DNA from: Balamuthia mandrillaris
Lineage: Eukaryota
Reading direction: 5' to 3'
NCBI GenBank assembly: GCA_031835245.2
Contig: JAVKOQ020000113.1
Location: 1-64,000 of the forward strand
DNA length: 64,000 nucleotides
Shown: piece after piece, positions 35,763 to 49,562 of the stretch
Numbering within the stretch: the stretch's first letter is position 1
How the letters are laid out: every line of letters starts with the position of its first letter
Notes under the pieces: generated by a model
The model's input: only the letters and a program-made list of their open reading frames with translations
Told to the model about the DNA's origin: nothing
The model's database searches: none
Program-made: the position numbers and the translations under genes

Positions 35763-38700
35763 ATGTGGTCTCACAGCATCCGCAACGGGAACTGGCGTTC
35801 CTTGCCCAGTTTGTCAAGTCCGCGTTCTTTTTTGGGGAGTTGCACCAGCGGGCTGCTGGGGCGGAGCTGCGGCCCAAACCTCGGCCCAAGCCTTCCTGCG
35901 GAAACTCGCCGACATGCTTCCTCATGCACACCATTTTCCGTCTCGCGGGGTGCACCGCCCTCCGCAACACCAACAACAAAGCCAGTGGGAGGACTGCCCA
36001 CACTGGGCCGCAACGGCCGGTTTGATGGTCTCCACGCTCTTCGCACGTTCAGTACTCACTACAAAACGTGCGGTAGGCTAGACCCCATGAAGCGGACCGG
36101 CTGGCAGACAGGTGGCAACCTTCGCTTTGTTCGTTTTTTCTGCACCAGTGGCACCGGCGGAATTAGCCGCCTCCGCAACGTGGCCATCATCGCTCACGTC
36201 GATCACGGAAAGGTACGCACTCACGGACAGCACTCCCATCTGTTGCAACACTTGCTCATCACCACCCCTCCTACCAAACAACAAACTACCACATAGACAA
36301 GCTTGGTTGACACCTTATTGAAACACAGTGGTAGTAACTTTGCTGATGGAGAACGTGTCATGGTTAGTTTGCCAACCCCTCCTTATTCGTGAGCGAGGGC
36401 GATGCTAAGTTTTGTCTTGGCTGCTCTTGAAATTCTAACAGGATTCCAACGAGCTGGAGAAAGAGCGAGGAATCACTATCCTATCCAAACAAACTAGCGT
36501 TTATTACAAAGACTACAAAATCAACATTGTTGATACCCCCGGTGAGTTCTTGTTCTTTCTGCTTTCTTTGTTGTTGTCTTATCTTCTTCTTGTTCTTCTT
36601 CTTCTTGTTCTTCTTCTTGTTCTTCTTCGTTCTTCTTCGTTCTTCGTTCTTCGTTCTTCGTTCTTCGTTCTTCGTTCTTCGTTCTTCGTTCTTCGTTCTT
36701 CGTTCTTCGTTCTTCGTTCTTGTTCTTGTTCTTGTTCTTGTTCTTGTTCTTGTTCTTGTTCTTGTTCTTGTTCTTGTTCTTGTTCTTCTTGTCCGTATTT
36801 TGTTAAACCATCGTCTCCAGCGGAGTATACTAACCTCTAAGGTGTCACCGCTTTAGGGCACGGCGATTTTGGAGGGGAGGTAGAACGGGTGCTCGGAATG
36901 GTAGATGGTGTACTTCTGTTGGTAGACGCTTCCGAGGTTTGCATTCACGTCAATGCTCTTCATGAAGACTGCGACTAACCAGTATCACAGGGACCCATGA
37001 CCCAAACTAAATACGTGCTTTCAAAGGCTCTACAAAGGAACCTGCGACCCATTGTGGTTCTCAACAAAATGGACCGTGAGACTGCTCGACCAGAGGACGT
37101 AGAAACAGAAGTACGTTCTTGCCTCTCTCCAGACAGCACTGCATTTTTTTTGATAATCCACAACGTTTGAGTGTTGTGATGCTACTCTGACATGTTGCGG
37201 TTGCCATTAGATTTTTGATCTTTTTGTGAACTTGAGTGCATCTGATGAACAGTTGAGCTATCCTACTTTATATGCCTCGGCCAGAGAGAGTAAGGATACA
37301 CCTCCTACCAGTCGTCAATCATTATTAACACATTTTTCCCCTCTCCCTTGCCCTCCATCCCTGAAGGCTGGGCTGTGGCGAACAAGGAAGACGAAAGAGT
37401 AGATATGACACCTGTCTTTGAGGCGATCATAAACAACGGTACGTCTGTGAGCTCAATCTTAATTTATCATGTCCATCACTGATCGGTTATTGTTTATGAT
37501 GATTGCAGTCCCGCCGCCAAATGTTGATCCTAGTAAACCGTTTTCAATGCTGATTACCACTTTGGAGTATGATCCTCACTTAGGCAGACTATTAATTGGT
37601 CGCGTGGAAGGCGGGCGAGTTGTGGCTGGCTCACCCTTGCGCTCCCTTTCCTTGGAAGGAAAGGAGCTGGAATCAGGTATGCCTCTTCTTTTGTTGTTTT
37701 CCTCTATGTCTTTTCTAATTTTGCTTGCCAACCCTCACAATCGGAAAACAAACATGAAACAGGAAAGGCGTTGAAGGTGTTGGGTAGGCAGGGCCTGCAG
37801 CGCAAACCACTAGACGTTGGCGAATGCGGAGATATCATTGCTGTCGCAGGTTTTGCAAATACTTCGGTGACAGACACTCTTTGTGACCCTTCTGTCACAG
37901 AGCCTATCAAAGCAGTTCCGATTGATCCTCCTGTTCTCTCCATGGTATTTGGAGTCAACGACTCCCCTATGGCTGGCAAAGATGGAACCAAAGTAACATC
38001 GACAGCCCTAAAAGCTCGCATCCTCCGAGAGCTTGAAAGCAATGTGACCATTGAAATGGAGGAATTGCCAGAGGAAGGCAAGATGGAAATCAAAGGAAGA
38101 GGAGAATTGCAGCTTGCGATTCTCATCGAGAACCTTAGGAGAGAAGGCTTTGAGCTCTCAGTCTCTCCGCCCAAAGTACTTTTCCAGTACGATGAAGATG
38201 GCACCAAGCTTGAACCACAGGAAGAACTTACAATTGATGTGGATGGTGAATTCAGTGGACCAATTATTGAAAAACTTTGTATGTACACCCCCAATTGTAG
38301 TTCTCTTGGTGCCTTTTGCTTACCTCTGTTTGTTCCTCTTAGCTAATCGCAAGGCTGAACTGTTGGAGATGAAAAATGAAGGAAAGAAGGCCCGCATGAC
38401 ATTTTTGTGTCCCTCCAGAGCTCTCATTGGCTTTAGGGTAAGGCATCAACTGCTGGAGTTTACTTGTAGCTGAACTCACCACGATGTCCTGGAACTACCA
38501 ACAGGCAGAGATGACCAGACTATGCAGAGGTTCCCTGGTCTTACACCATACATTTCATTCGTGGGTTCCTTACAAAGGGCCAATTGATAACATGCGAAAG
38601 GGGGCTCTTGTTTCCAATGCGACAGGCGTGGCAACAACCTACGCTCTTAACCTTCTTGAGCCTCGCGGAACTCTTTTTATCCATCCTCAAACCCAAGTTT

Positions 38701-39124
38701 ATATGGGTGAGTGCTAACAACTTCATCTCAATATCTGTTACTGATGCAGACAAATACCTTCTTCCAGGTATGATTGTGGGAGAAAGTGCCAAAAAGGGGG
38801 ACCTCGATGTAAATCCCGTCAAAGCGAAGCAACTCTCTAACGTGCGATCGGTGCAGAAAGAGGAGAATGTGCGCCTAACTCCTCCTCGCATTCTCAGCTT
38901 AGAGGAAGCCATAACCTATGTGCAAGGTACTTGCCCAGTGACATCGGCATGCCGTTTTTTTATTTTGCCAAAATGGTCTATTTTTCCCTCCCTAACCACT
39001 TCAATCCACATTTCCAGAGGACGAACTTGTGGAAATAACGCCAAAGCACGTAAGAATGAGGAAAGAAGTCTTGGATACTTCTCTCAGAGAACAGGCTGCC
39101 CGAAGGAAGAAAAAAGCGAACTGA
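35763..39124 (+). CDS. typA: TypA/BipA translational GTPase with long N-terminal presequence (probably mitochondrial); multi-exon
   Basis: [105 protein letters not shown]. Stop at 39124. Confidence 0.92.
36582..36790. repeat. Compound (TTCTTCG)n/(TTCTTG)n microsatellite in a typA intron
   Basis: Visible directly in the sequence. Confidence 0.95.
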
Positions 39125-39446
39125 AGAGGGTGCATCCAAGACCTCCACGCTTTGCCTACCCGAATAAACCACTGCCACAAAACAAGAATTACATCACTTT
39201 GCCCAGCCATCTCTCTGCAGGGGTGATAGATTAGGGGCTGTTGATCGTTTGCTTGTTGTTGTTTCGCTTTGTTGTAGTTCGGGAGTTTTTGGACTCGAAT
39301 TGCAAATAACTAAAAAATCCGGTTGGTGGGCTGGTTGACCCGCAAGCCGTACCAGTCTTTATGAACTTACCCAAATTGAGGTGTGCTTTATAGCGCAGAG
39401 AAGAGGAAGGCCAAAAACGCAAAAGCTGTCAAGCAAGAGGAGGAGA

Positions 39447-42400
39447 ATGAGCGGTAGCTCGGTGCGAAATGGCAGTGGTGGTAGTTGCTGCAGGGAGAGC
39501 TTCTGCGCCAAAACTACGACTACCACCGTAAACCAACTACTATGGCGGGCGGTGAGGCGGTTCGGCGAACGCCCGGCGTTGGCTTGGGAACAACAAGGCA
39601 AGTCCTACAGAATGACCTATTCGGAGTTAGGGGACGAGGTGCTGCGACTAGCCAAACAGCTGCAGAGACAGGGCGTTACAAGGAACAGTCGGGTGGCCAT
39701 CCTAGCAGAACGGCGCGCCGAACTTATTTTGGCAGAAGCTGCTGTTATATGCGCAGGAGGAGCCTTTTGTTGTTTAGACCCGGAAGCTCCCCCCCAACGC
39801 AACCAATTGATTCTTGCAGACCTTCAACCCTCCGTCTTCCTCTGTCAGCAGCATCTGCTGAACAAACTTAGACCTGGTGCAGCCCAGTGGAAGACCGTGG
39901 TCCTTCCCTTAGAGACCTTCTGTTGCAAACAAACGAGCAGCCAAAGAACCGAGGTAACCATTCACAACAACAACAACAACAACAACAACGTAGATAAGGC
40001 GCCACTGGAAGAAGAGAAAGAAGAAGACATTCAAGTAAACAACCGGCCGGAGGACTTGGCTTATCTGGTGTATACCTCCGGGACGACCGGCAAACCCAAA
40101 GGAGTTATGGTAACGCATCAGAATCTAGTCAACTTTGTGGAGAGCAGCATGAGCAGGAGGGGAAGGACGTGCCATCATCGGAAGCAACTCCATCGGACTA
40201 TCGCTAGGCGAAAGGAGGAAGAGGCAGATAAGCACGAAGGAGAGCAGGAGGAGCACCACTGGTACTATGAAGAGGGGGATCGTACGCTGCCCACTGCAGC
40301 AGTGCAATTTGACATTCATGTGATGGAAGTGTGGTGTGCGCTTTCAGCTGGCGCTTCCTTATTTCTTATAGCCAAGTGGGAGGTGCTGGACAGCAGCTTT
40401 CTTGCCCAATATCTCTACAAGCACAACATCAACAAAATGTTTATGGCAACGGGCTTGTTTCATCGGTACGCCAACACGAGGCCAGATATTCTCGGTCAAC
40501 TGGAGGCATTGTGTGTAGGAGGGGACTCCCTTTCGGCCTCATTGGCTATGGCTGTAGCCAACAGCTATCCCGGATTGCGGCTGCTAAATGCCTACGGCCC
40601 TTCGGAGACCACGCTTTGGGCGTCCTACTTTCGCGTGAGGCCTGGACGTCACTATGAGAGGATTCCAATTGGCTTCCCTTTGCACAACTACGTGATCTAC
40701 GTCTCGATGAAGAGATGCGGCCCCTCTCCTCGCATCACCAATACCAGGAGAAGGAGAAAGAAGAAGAGAGACAAAAACAGCGGCAACAGGTTGGCGAGAT
40801 TGTGATAGGCGGACTTGGTGTGGCGACCGGCTATTTCAACCTTCCAGAGCTGACTGCCACCAAGTTCCTTCCGGATCCGTTTGTGGCAACAGCAGGCCGT
40901 GAACCACAACGTATGTATCGCACCGGTGACCTTGGCTACTGGTTGCCAGATGGATGTCTAGCCTTCGCAGGAAGGGCTGATGATCAGTTAAAAATCAGGG
41001 GCAACCGTATCGAGCTCGGCGAGATCGAAACTCAACTCAATCAGCATGCCGGTGTGGCGGCGGCCTGCGTCTGCGTACAGCAAACGATAACACTTGAGGC
41101 TACAGCAACCAGTACAACCCACGGCAACGAAGGTGAAGAGAAACGCTTGATAGCCTGTGTGGTGCCACAGAAGAGCAATCATCCACGAGAACAACAGGTT
41201 TCGAAGGAGGAGCTGTTGCGCTACATGAAAGAAAGACTTCCAGAGTATATGCTGCCGAAGCACATCTTTTTTGCAGAGCATTTGCCTACCAATTTAAACG
41301 GTAAAGTGGACAAAAACCAGGTCCTCAGCATGTGGGAGGAAAACCAGGAAGAGGAGGATCTCCGAACGAGCTGCACACCGTTGCCTCTGGATGCCGGCGT
41401 AGAGACAAGATGTGACCAGTCATCTGTGGGGTGCATGTTGCGAGACTTGTGGCAAAGCTGCCTCCATGACACAGCCGGTACGATCGGCATGGATGCTAAC
41501 TTCTTCCAAATGGGCGGAGACTCGTTTGCATGCATGGCACTTGCCGCCAAAGCCAACGAAAAGGGGCTTCCCCTTACCCCACTCCTCATCACTGAGCATC
41601 CAACACTAAGAGCTCAGCTGCAGTACTTGCTTTCCTTGCCTGCTCAAGTATCAACGACTGGTACGACGCGCGAAGACTACTTGCTGCAAGTTCGACTCAT
41701 GCCTGCACAACAACGACTGGCAGACATAGTGTTGAAATCTCACGATAGTGTGGAATACCTTGTACCGGCAACTCCTTCCCAACGAGCTCTACTTATGATG
41801 TCACTACGGCAGCCAAGCAGCGGCCTCATGCAGCTTGTTGCCTCCACTGTTTCTTCTTCTTCTTCTTCTTCTTCGTCTGGAGTAGTATTCGATATTCATG
41901 CCTTCCACAGGGCCTGGGAGATAACCTGCGCCTCCCATCCTGCCCTCCGTGCAAGCTTTCACTGGACTGGCGACATGGCAACCGTTCTCCAAGCCGTTCA
42001 CAACAAAGTGAAACTTCCACGTTTTCCTGTGTTTGAGGTTGGCTCTGAAGAGAAACTCGAAGAGCGGGTGCAACGCTATCTCGCTGTGGATAGGAAACGA
42101 GGAATGGACTTCAAGGTAGCTCCATTGCTCCGCATGGCTATATTCAAGAGAGGCAACGATTCCCAAGGCCCTCGTTGCACATTCGTTTGGACCTACCACC
42201 ACGTTTCACTTGATGGCACATCAACTTCCATCGTCTTCCAAGACTTTGTTTCGTTGTACACAACCTTGGTCAGATCATCACCACCATCAACATCACCTTC
42301 AAATGACCCGAAACGATTGGAAACGCAAACCTCCCTCATCGAAGAGACTGCCCTCATTTCCACCAGCAGCTTACAAGGCCAACAATTCAGCGTGGAACAG

Positions 42401-45400
42401 GAAACAAGAGCAGAGCAGTTTTGGAAGGAGAGAATGGCGGGTGCCCCGACTGAACCATTGATACCGCTAGACTGTACCAGCAGCGCCCCTCCAACAGCGG
42501 AGCAGCTGGTCATCCATCACCCACTCCGACCAGAACTGGTGATACGATTGAAGCAGTGGTGCAACAGGAATGCAATGACTCTTGCTACTGTAACCTTTGG
42601 TGCTTGGCTGTTGCTTGGCTTCGTAGAAGATTGCCTTAGTGGAAAGAGGCGCAAGGCTCTGGGATCTCTCATCAACTTTGCAGGACGGCCTTCAGAAAGT
42701 CTGTCGGCCGCCGCACCCAAAGCCGTGAGCATGCTAGTTAACCCTCTCCCTGTTCATTTATCGGTGGACGAGGAGGATCTCCTTCTTCGTTGGCTGAGGC
42801 AGCTCCGTACCGCTGTGGTGCAGGCCCAGGAGTATGAGTTGTTTTCTCTCGCTAAGGCACTCTCCTTCGCCAACAAGCAAACCTTAGGTCTCGTGCGACA
42901 TTGCTTCAATTGGGACGGCTCACCATTGGAGCACCGAACGGTGGAGTGCTTTTCTACTCCTTCTTCTTCTACTGCTGCCTCTTGCGCTTTCCGAGTCGAA
43001 CGTATAGAAGAGCGTACAGGATTCGGGCTGGCCATGAATGTAGCGGACCATGGAGGCTCCACCCTCACTGTCACAATGGAGTGGAATAACGGAATGTACC
43101 GTCAGCAGACCATTCATAAGCAGCTAGTACGGTTTGAGTGGTTGCTGGAAGGTGTTGTTGCTGTAGACAAAGATGATGATCCTTCATTGAGACATCTCAT
43201 CGAAAACATAAGTGCTGTATCTGCACAGTTACCCATTCGGCTTCCGCTTGGGCTTACTCCTTCCGAGCTAGCTGTACTTCGTTACCGGCGAGGGCCAAAG
43301 AGGGCGAGGGTTGCTTCATATTTCGAAGAGAGTATGTGGAAGCTTCAAGTTGTCAAAGTCAAGGGTACTTTGAAGCCTTCTGCTCTGCATCGGTGTCTAC
43401 ACGAGCTGGCTCGTCGCCATCCAATACTTCGTACTGTCTTCTACCATTGCGAAGACAACGAAGAAGAGCTGCTGCGTCGCACCATTCCTCAGGAAGACAT
43501 CGATGTATCGTTTCAAGCGCAAGATCTTTCCTATCTGAGCAAGGGACAACAAGCAGCTAAATTTGAAGAGGCGCGGGCCTCGGCCAAACAGCTCCTTCGG
43601 CTTGGGCAAGGCGACAACCAGAACATGTTCGGCATCATTGCTTTGCGTCTTGGCAAGTTACGGCATTGCTTGCTTCTCTGTTATCATGAGCTTCTCCTCG
43701 ACCAAAACTCTACAATGCTCTTCTGGCAACAGCTTTCTTTGTTGCTGAACGGCAAAGATGGCAACCTCCGAGGCAAACCTAAAACAGATGCCTCTTCCTC
43801 TTCTTTTTTCTCCATTCATCAAGAAAGCGGGATATCAGCCGTTTTACTGTTGCCATTATTCAACAGAACACGTTTAAGAGGAAATTATGAGAAGATATGC
43901 AATCCGCAAACGAGTTTTAGTAAGCCTCCACTCCCTGCGCAACTACCTTATAGTGTACTACCTTCTTCATTATCAGAGAGTGAAGCAGCAGTGACGAGAC
44001 GGCCTACTGCTACTGTTGTGCGCACTCTTCTTGTCCCCAATATAAATGGCGAAGAGGGAGCACAACGGCTGTTGCTGCAACAACCGGTGGTTGAAGAGAA
44101 GCAGCTGTTAGCGGCTCTGCTCATACTCCTCCATAGATACAACACGGAAACCGAATGTGTGGCAGCCACTCTTGTCCCTTCCGAGCTCGTGCCTCGTGGG
44201 ACTGATAGCCATACTGCAGTTGTTTTGGGATGCTTTGTTGCTCCTCGTATCCTAGCAGCAAATATTCCATCAGCCAACTGCCGTGCGGAGGACGTTATAC
44301 GACAGGTGGAGAGGGCTCTTTTGAATTCTGGTGCTGACGATGACGAAGACAACTGCTACGATGATCAATGGCAGCAGCACTCATGCGACTCTTCATCCGG
44401 GATTCAACATCGCCATGGCAATAACGTGGAGTTGCTATTCCACCCATACGTTGAGTTCCCGAGGGAAGAATGCACCCCTCTACGCCTTTCACTCCTTCCT
44501 TCCCGTTCCATGACGCTTCTCTCTGGATCCACTGAGGTTGCCTTCCATATCTCAGAAGACAGACCCGGCGGCTCTCCTGTGGGAACGCTGGAGCTTGCTC
44601 TACACTACGATACGCGTCTGTTTTCCAGCAGAGCTGCTGCATTCATGACCGCCCACTACGCCAATGTTCTGAGCAGCATGTTGGCTGACCCAGCAGTACT
44701 GCTAGGCGACATACCGCTGCTCTCCGCTGAGGAAAATCAACTCTTGGATAGCTTTAGTACCAGCAATGAGAACCACAAGATGCAAGACGCTGCAGCTGCC
44801 GTGCTGGTGCAGCACCTCTTTGAAAAAAACGTCGCTTCTCTACCCGACAGAACCGCAGCATACGTTGCAGAAGGAGATATCTCAGTCTCATACGACCAAC
44901 TCAACTACAAAGCAGAAGCGATCAAGGAGATGCTATGGGATGTGTGTGGAAGGCAGAAGCGAGTGGTTGCACTTTTTTTCAGGCGGTCTGTTGGTTTGTT
45001 GGCCTCACAGCTGGCTGTACTCAAGGCTGGCTTTGTGGTTCTTACTCTGGACCCCGAAGCACCGCTTCAACGCAATTCTGGCATTCTAGAAGACGCCAAC
45101 TGCCAAGTAATCCTCCACATGGATGAGCTGAAGGACAGTTTGCCATCGCCTACTGTCAACGGTAGCTATGATCCTCGTCTTGTGCAGCTGTGCATTGATT
45201 GCCTGGGGGAACCTGTTGTAGCCGAGTCTTCTGGCAAAGGGCGGCATCTCTGTAAACCTACTGCTGCTGCCGCTCTCCATCATGACGTCGCCATGCTGGT
45301 ATTCACCTCTGGAACCACGGGGCGACCAAAAGGCATTCAGGTCACTCATCAAAACATGGTGAGCATGTTTAGCAACAAGTTTCAATTCCATGTGGAGGAA

Positions 45401-48400
45401 GGGGATAGGGTGCTGGCCACCACTGCTGTGCAGTTTGACATGAGCGTGCTGGAGGGGCTGGGCACTCTATGCGGAGGAGGCAGCGTCGTTTTGGTGGACA
45501 AAGAGTCTATTCTGGATTCTCGCTCTATGGCGAAGGTTATCAAGCAGCACAAGATAACCAAGATGGTTTTTGTCAGTGCACTGTTCAACCACCATGCACG
45601 AGAGAGACCCGAAATGTTTGCAGGACTGAAGCAAATCATACTTGGCGGAGACGAGGTGCTGCCCAAGCCTGTACTGCGGGTGCTGGAGACCAACCCAAGC
45701 CTGATCATCACTCCTGGTTATGGACCCACCGAGTGCACAATGGTCTCTACCTATTACTCGATGGACCCTGCCTTGTTGAGCAGCATGCAGACTTCAGTGC
45801 CTATTGGCAGACCCATTGACAACGCGGTGGCCTACGTAGTAGACAGCTATTTCAACCGCGTGCCCGTTGGTGTTTGCGGGGAATTGCTCATAGGCGGCGG
45901 AGGTGTTACTAAAGGCTACCTTGGCAATGAGGAGCTGACTGTCCGCAAGTTCGTTCCCAACCCATTTGCCTCCTCGGCTGTTGGAGGAGCAACGGGAGGG
46001 AGTGCCATGGCTCCGGTGTTGTACCGCACTGGGGACAAGGTGAAATGGCTGTCAGATGGCAATATCCTCTTTGTTGGCAGAAATGATGGGCAACTCAAGA
46101 TAAGAGGAAACCGTGTGGAATTGGGAGAGATAGTCCGCGCTCTGCAAGACCACCCACTTGTTGGGGACGTTGCTGTGGTAGCCTGCGACGGGGAAGGTCC
46201 TGCACCTACAGCAGAAAAGCATTTGGTAGCCTTTATAGTCAGGAAAGGAAAGATTGCCACGGGCAGCGGTATCACTGCTCCGCTAGAAGCTGCCATGCAA
46301 GAAGACTTCAGGACGTTTTTACGAGGACGCCTTCCCAGCTACATGACGCCACGCAATTTCTTCTCCATCGACCGTATCCCGATGACCCTTAACCAGAAGG
46401 TGGATGCTGCCAAGCTGAGAGATATTGCTCACATCAAGCTGCGTGAGGAGATGGAGGAAAACGATATCGGATTGCTTCATCCGCACGAATTAGGGAATGG
46501 TGGTGAAGCCTGCAAGAATTCCTGCGTGAATGGATCAAAAGATAGGATCACCTCTATCTCGGGAGGTTGTCCGGAGCACCACATCGCGGTGCGAAAGAAG
46601 CTGCACTCACTGTGGAAAGGGGTCATTGGCCATCCAGTCCGTCCGGAGGACAGATTTTTTGAGGTTGGCGGTGAGTCCCTCATGGTATCAAGGCTCTGTC
46701 AACAGATCGCCAACGCTTTCGGGCTTGATGAAGACGAGGACCTCATGGGTGTATTCTTTGAGCGGCCGACTATTGCCGGCATGGAGAAGTACTTATTACA
46801 ACGTTTTGAAGCTATAACAGCGACGGGAGAAACGCATCAGCTATTGCAACCATCCAACGCTGGTAGTATGACACAAACAATCAGCAAAATGCAACCTGAG
46901 TCGACGCCTACAGCCAGCTTTCCACCAGCGACTCACTCTGCTAATAACAAGGAAGGAAAGGAGAAAAAAGAAAAGAATCAAGCAATGGGCAATGTAGAAT
47001 CCACGCACATAGCAATAGTGGGTATGGGATTTAGAGGTCCCAAGGCTAGCAATTACCAAGAGTTGTGGGAGAACCTCAAGAATGGGCAGGATTGCATTAC
47101 TAGGTTTACCACAGCTGAACTGAAGGGGCACGTCTCAGATGAGGCCCTCTCTCATCCCTCCTATATAAAGGCAAGGGGGTGGGTCGAGGATGCTCTTCAG
47201 TTTGACCCACAGTTCTTCAACATTGCGGAGGAGGAAGCTTGCGCCATGAGTCCCCAACACTGGATGTTTTTGGAAATGGCTGCGACCGCCCTGAACGACG
47301 CTGGCTACCCCAATCCATCCCTTCTCAGGACGGAGAGGAAGCTTACTGGAGTATTTGTTGGAGCTGCGGACAGTCACAGTGATGACAGTGGGTATAGCAA
47401 CGGTGAGGACGAAAAAGAGGAGGAAGAGGAGGGAACTGGTACCTGCCGGAAGAACGAGACCAAGACGAAGAGGAGGAGGACTCCAGCAGAGGAAACCAAG
47501 CGAAGCATGCTACGCTCTAACCACTTTATAGCCTCCCGTGTGGCATACCACCTGGACTTGGATGGACCAGCAGTAAGCGTGCAGGCGGCCTGTGCCTCAG
47601 CTTTGGTGGCTGTGCATCAGGCTTGTTCCGCTCTGAACAACGGTGAATGTGACATAGCAGTAGCTGGCGGAGTGGAAGCTGCCCACAAGGAAAAGGAGGG
47701 CTACTTTGTGGCAACTACGAGCCTTTCCAAGGATGGGGTGTGCCGGCCCTTTGACACCCAGGCAGGCGGCTGTGTACCTGGTAATGGCTGCGGTGCTGTG
47801 GTACTGCGACGACTGCAGGATGCTCTTGCTGATGAGAATCACATCTATGCTGTGATAAGGGGCTCTGCCACCAAGAATGATGGGGCAGCAGGAAAGATGG
47901 GCTATTATTGTCCCGGCGTGCAGGGCGTCGCCTCCACTATTGAACACGCCATTCGTGTTGCTGGCCTGCGCCCTCAAGACATTTCTTTTGTGGAGACAAA
48001 TGGTACAGCTGTACCTTTAAGTGATTCCATTGAGATTCAAGCCCTTCGCAAAGTATTTGTTGAGAGAGCTGCTACCAAGGACGGACAGACTAAATACCAG
48101 ATGGAGCCCCTTCATCAGCACCGTTCTCAATATTGTGATGGAGAAGACAGCAGCAGGCAGCATCCTCATGGCCCCCATATCGCCTTGGGAGCTATCAAAT
48201 CCAACATTGGTCATCTTGGAGCAGCTTCAGGTATTGCTGCCCTCATCAAAACCGTTTTATGCCTCTACCATGATACAATTGTCCCAACTGTGAACCATTC
48301 TTCTTCTCATGCCAATCTCCGCTTGGAGAGCTCTCCATTCTTTGTGCCTACAAAGTGCGAGGCCTGGCCTCTCACTACTGTTCATTCTCACTTGGGTAAG

Positions 48401-48694
48401 GCAGCTGGAGACGAAACAAGAACACTTTTTGCAGGGGTAACTGCGATTGGTAGTGGAGGCACTAATGTCCATGTTGTACTGCAAAATGCCCATCCTTTCC
48501 TACCAAGAAGAGGAGGAGTTTCTCTGAGTGCTGACTCCTCCTTACAAGAAAGGAAACTAAACATCCCTCCCCTTTGCTTCAACAGAGTGTCAATGTCCTC
48601 TTTATTGTGTAAACATCAGATTGCTGTTAAGACATTAGACATATCTAGCATATCACAAGAGGAGGAGATTGCAGCCTTTGAACTTTATGAGTAA
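39447..48694 (+). CDS. Intronless hybrid NRPS-PKS (A-T-C-C*-A-T-KS); single-base frameshift at about 40703
   Basis: A1: YTSGTTGKPKG, NAYGPSETT, YRTGDL. T1: FFQMGGDS. C1: YHHVSLDG. C2 degenerate: YHELLLDQ. A2: FTSGTTGRPKG, YGPTECT, YRTGDK. T2: FFEVGGES. KS: IAIVGMG, GPAVSVQAACAS, ETNGT, KSNIGHL. Confidence 0.9.
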
Positions 48695-49562
48695 GGAAAC
48701 TTGGAAAAAAATAGAAATAAAAAACCTTCTGCCTTGTGAAATAAGAGCAAAATGATTTTCTTTTTTCTTTCATTTTGTTGATTCATTTCTCTTTGGAGAT
48801 GATTATTAAGAATAAGAATTACTTTTAACATATTAGCTCTGTCATCCCTTTCATTATTCTTTTCTTTCTGTCATTATCTATAGTATCTGCTGTCACATCA
48901 CTAGCTTTCTTCCTTTTTTTTGGTTACTTTTAGCTGGCCAGCAGGGACACAGCTCTGTTCCTCTCCTCTTTTATTCTATTAAACTCTCTGCATTTAAGTA
49001 AAAAAATGAAAAAATATTATTTATTATTTAAGAATTTTTCAATAGGAGATTCTTCTTTTTGTTTGCACTGTGTTCTACAAGAACTTGGAGATAAAGGTGA
49101 TAAGAAAGAATATTATGATAAAATAAAACTAATTAAGTAAAGAAAAGAAGACAGTAAGAAGATGAACTAGCAACATAATGTACAATCAAACAAGATAGAT
49201 TGGAAAAATTAATTAGCATGTTCAATAAGTGTATTGTCTTTTGATGAATACCATGTGTTATTGTTAATAGAGTCACCCTTTGTTATGTGTATGAATCTGA
49301 ACAGTGATTAATTAGACAGTAGCTTACCATTTATCAAGGCCTTGCTTCACTGTCATTCCTCAAACTCTGACATTGCCTTGTTGTTACAATGATTAAGGAA
49401 TAAGTGTGCTTCATATATATGTGCTATTGAGAGTATTTGTGAAAAATAAAATCAAATAAAATTTTGAAAAATAAGTTTAGTTTTGGTTCTATTAAACTTA
49501 TATTCTTTCCATCAAAATTCATTCAATTGGCAGTATAATTGAAAGTAACTATTGAAACCTGA

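Noticed and set aside
36527..36856. Hydrophobic or Cys-Ser repeat ORFs and CRISPR-like periodicity
   Set aside because: Simple intronic microsatellite without spacers.
48700..49560. Possible continuation of the PKS (AT/ACP/TE)
   Set aside because: AT-rich sequence with no ORF or recognisable motif by eye.
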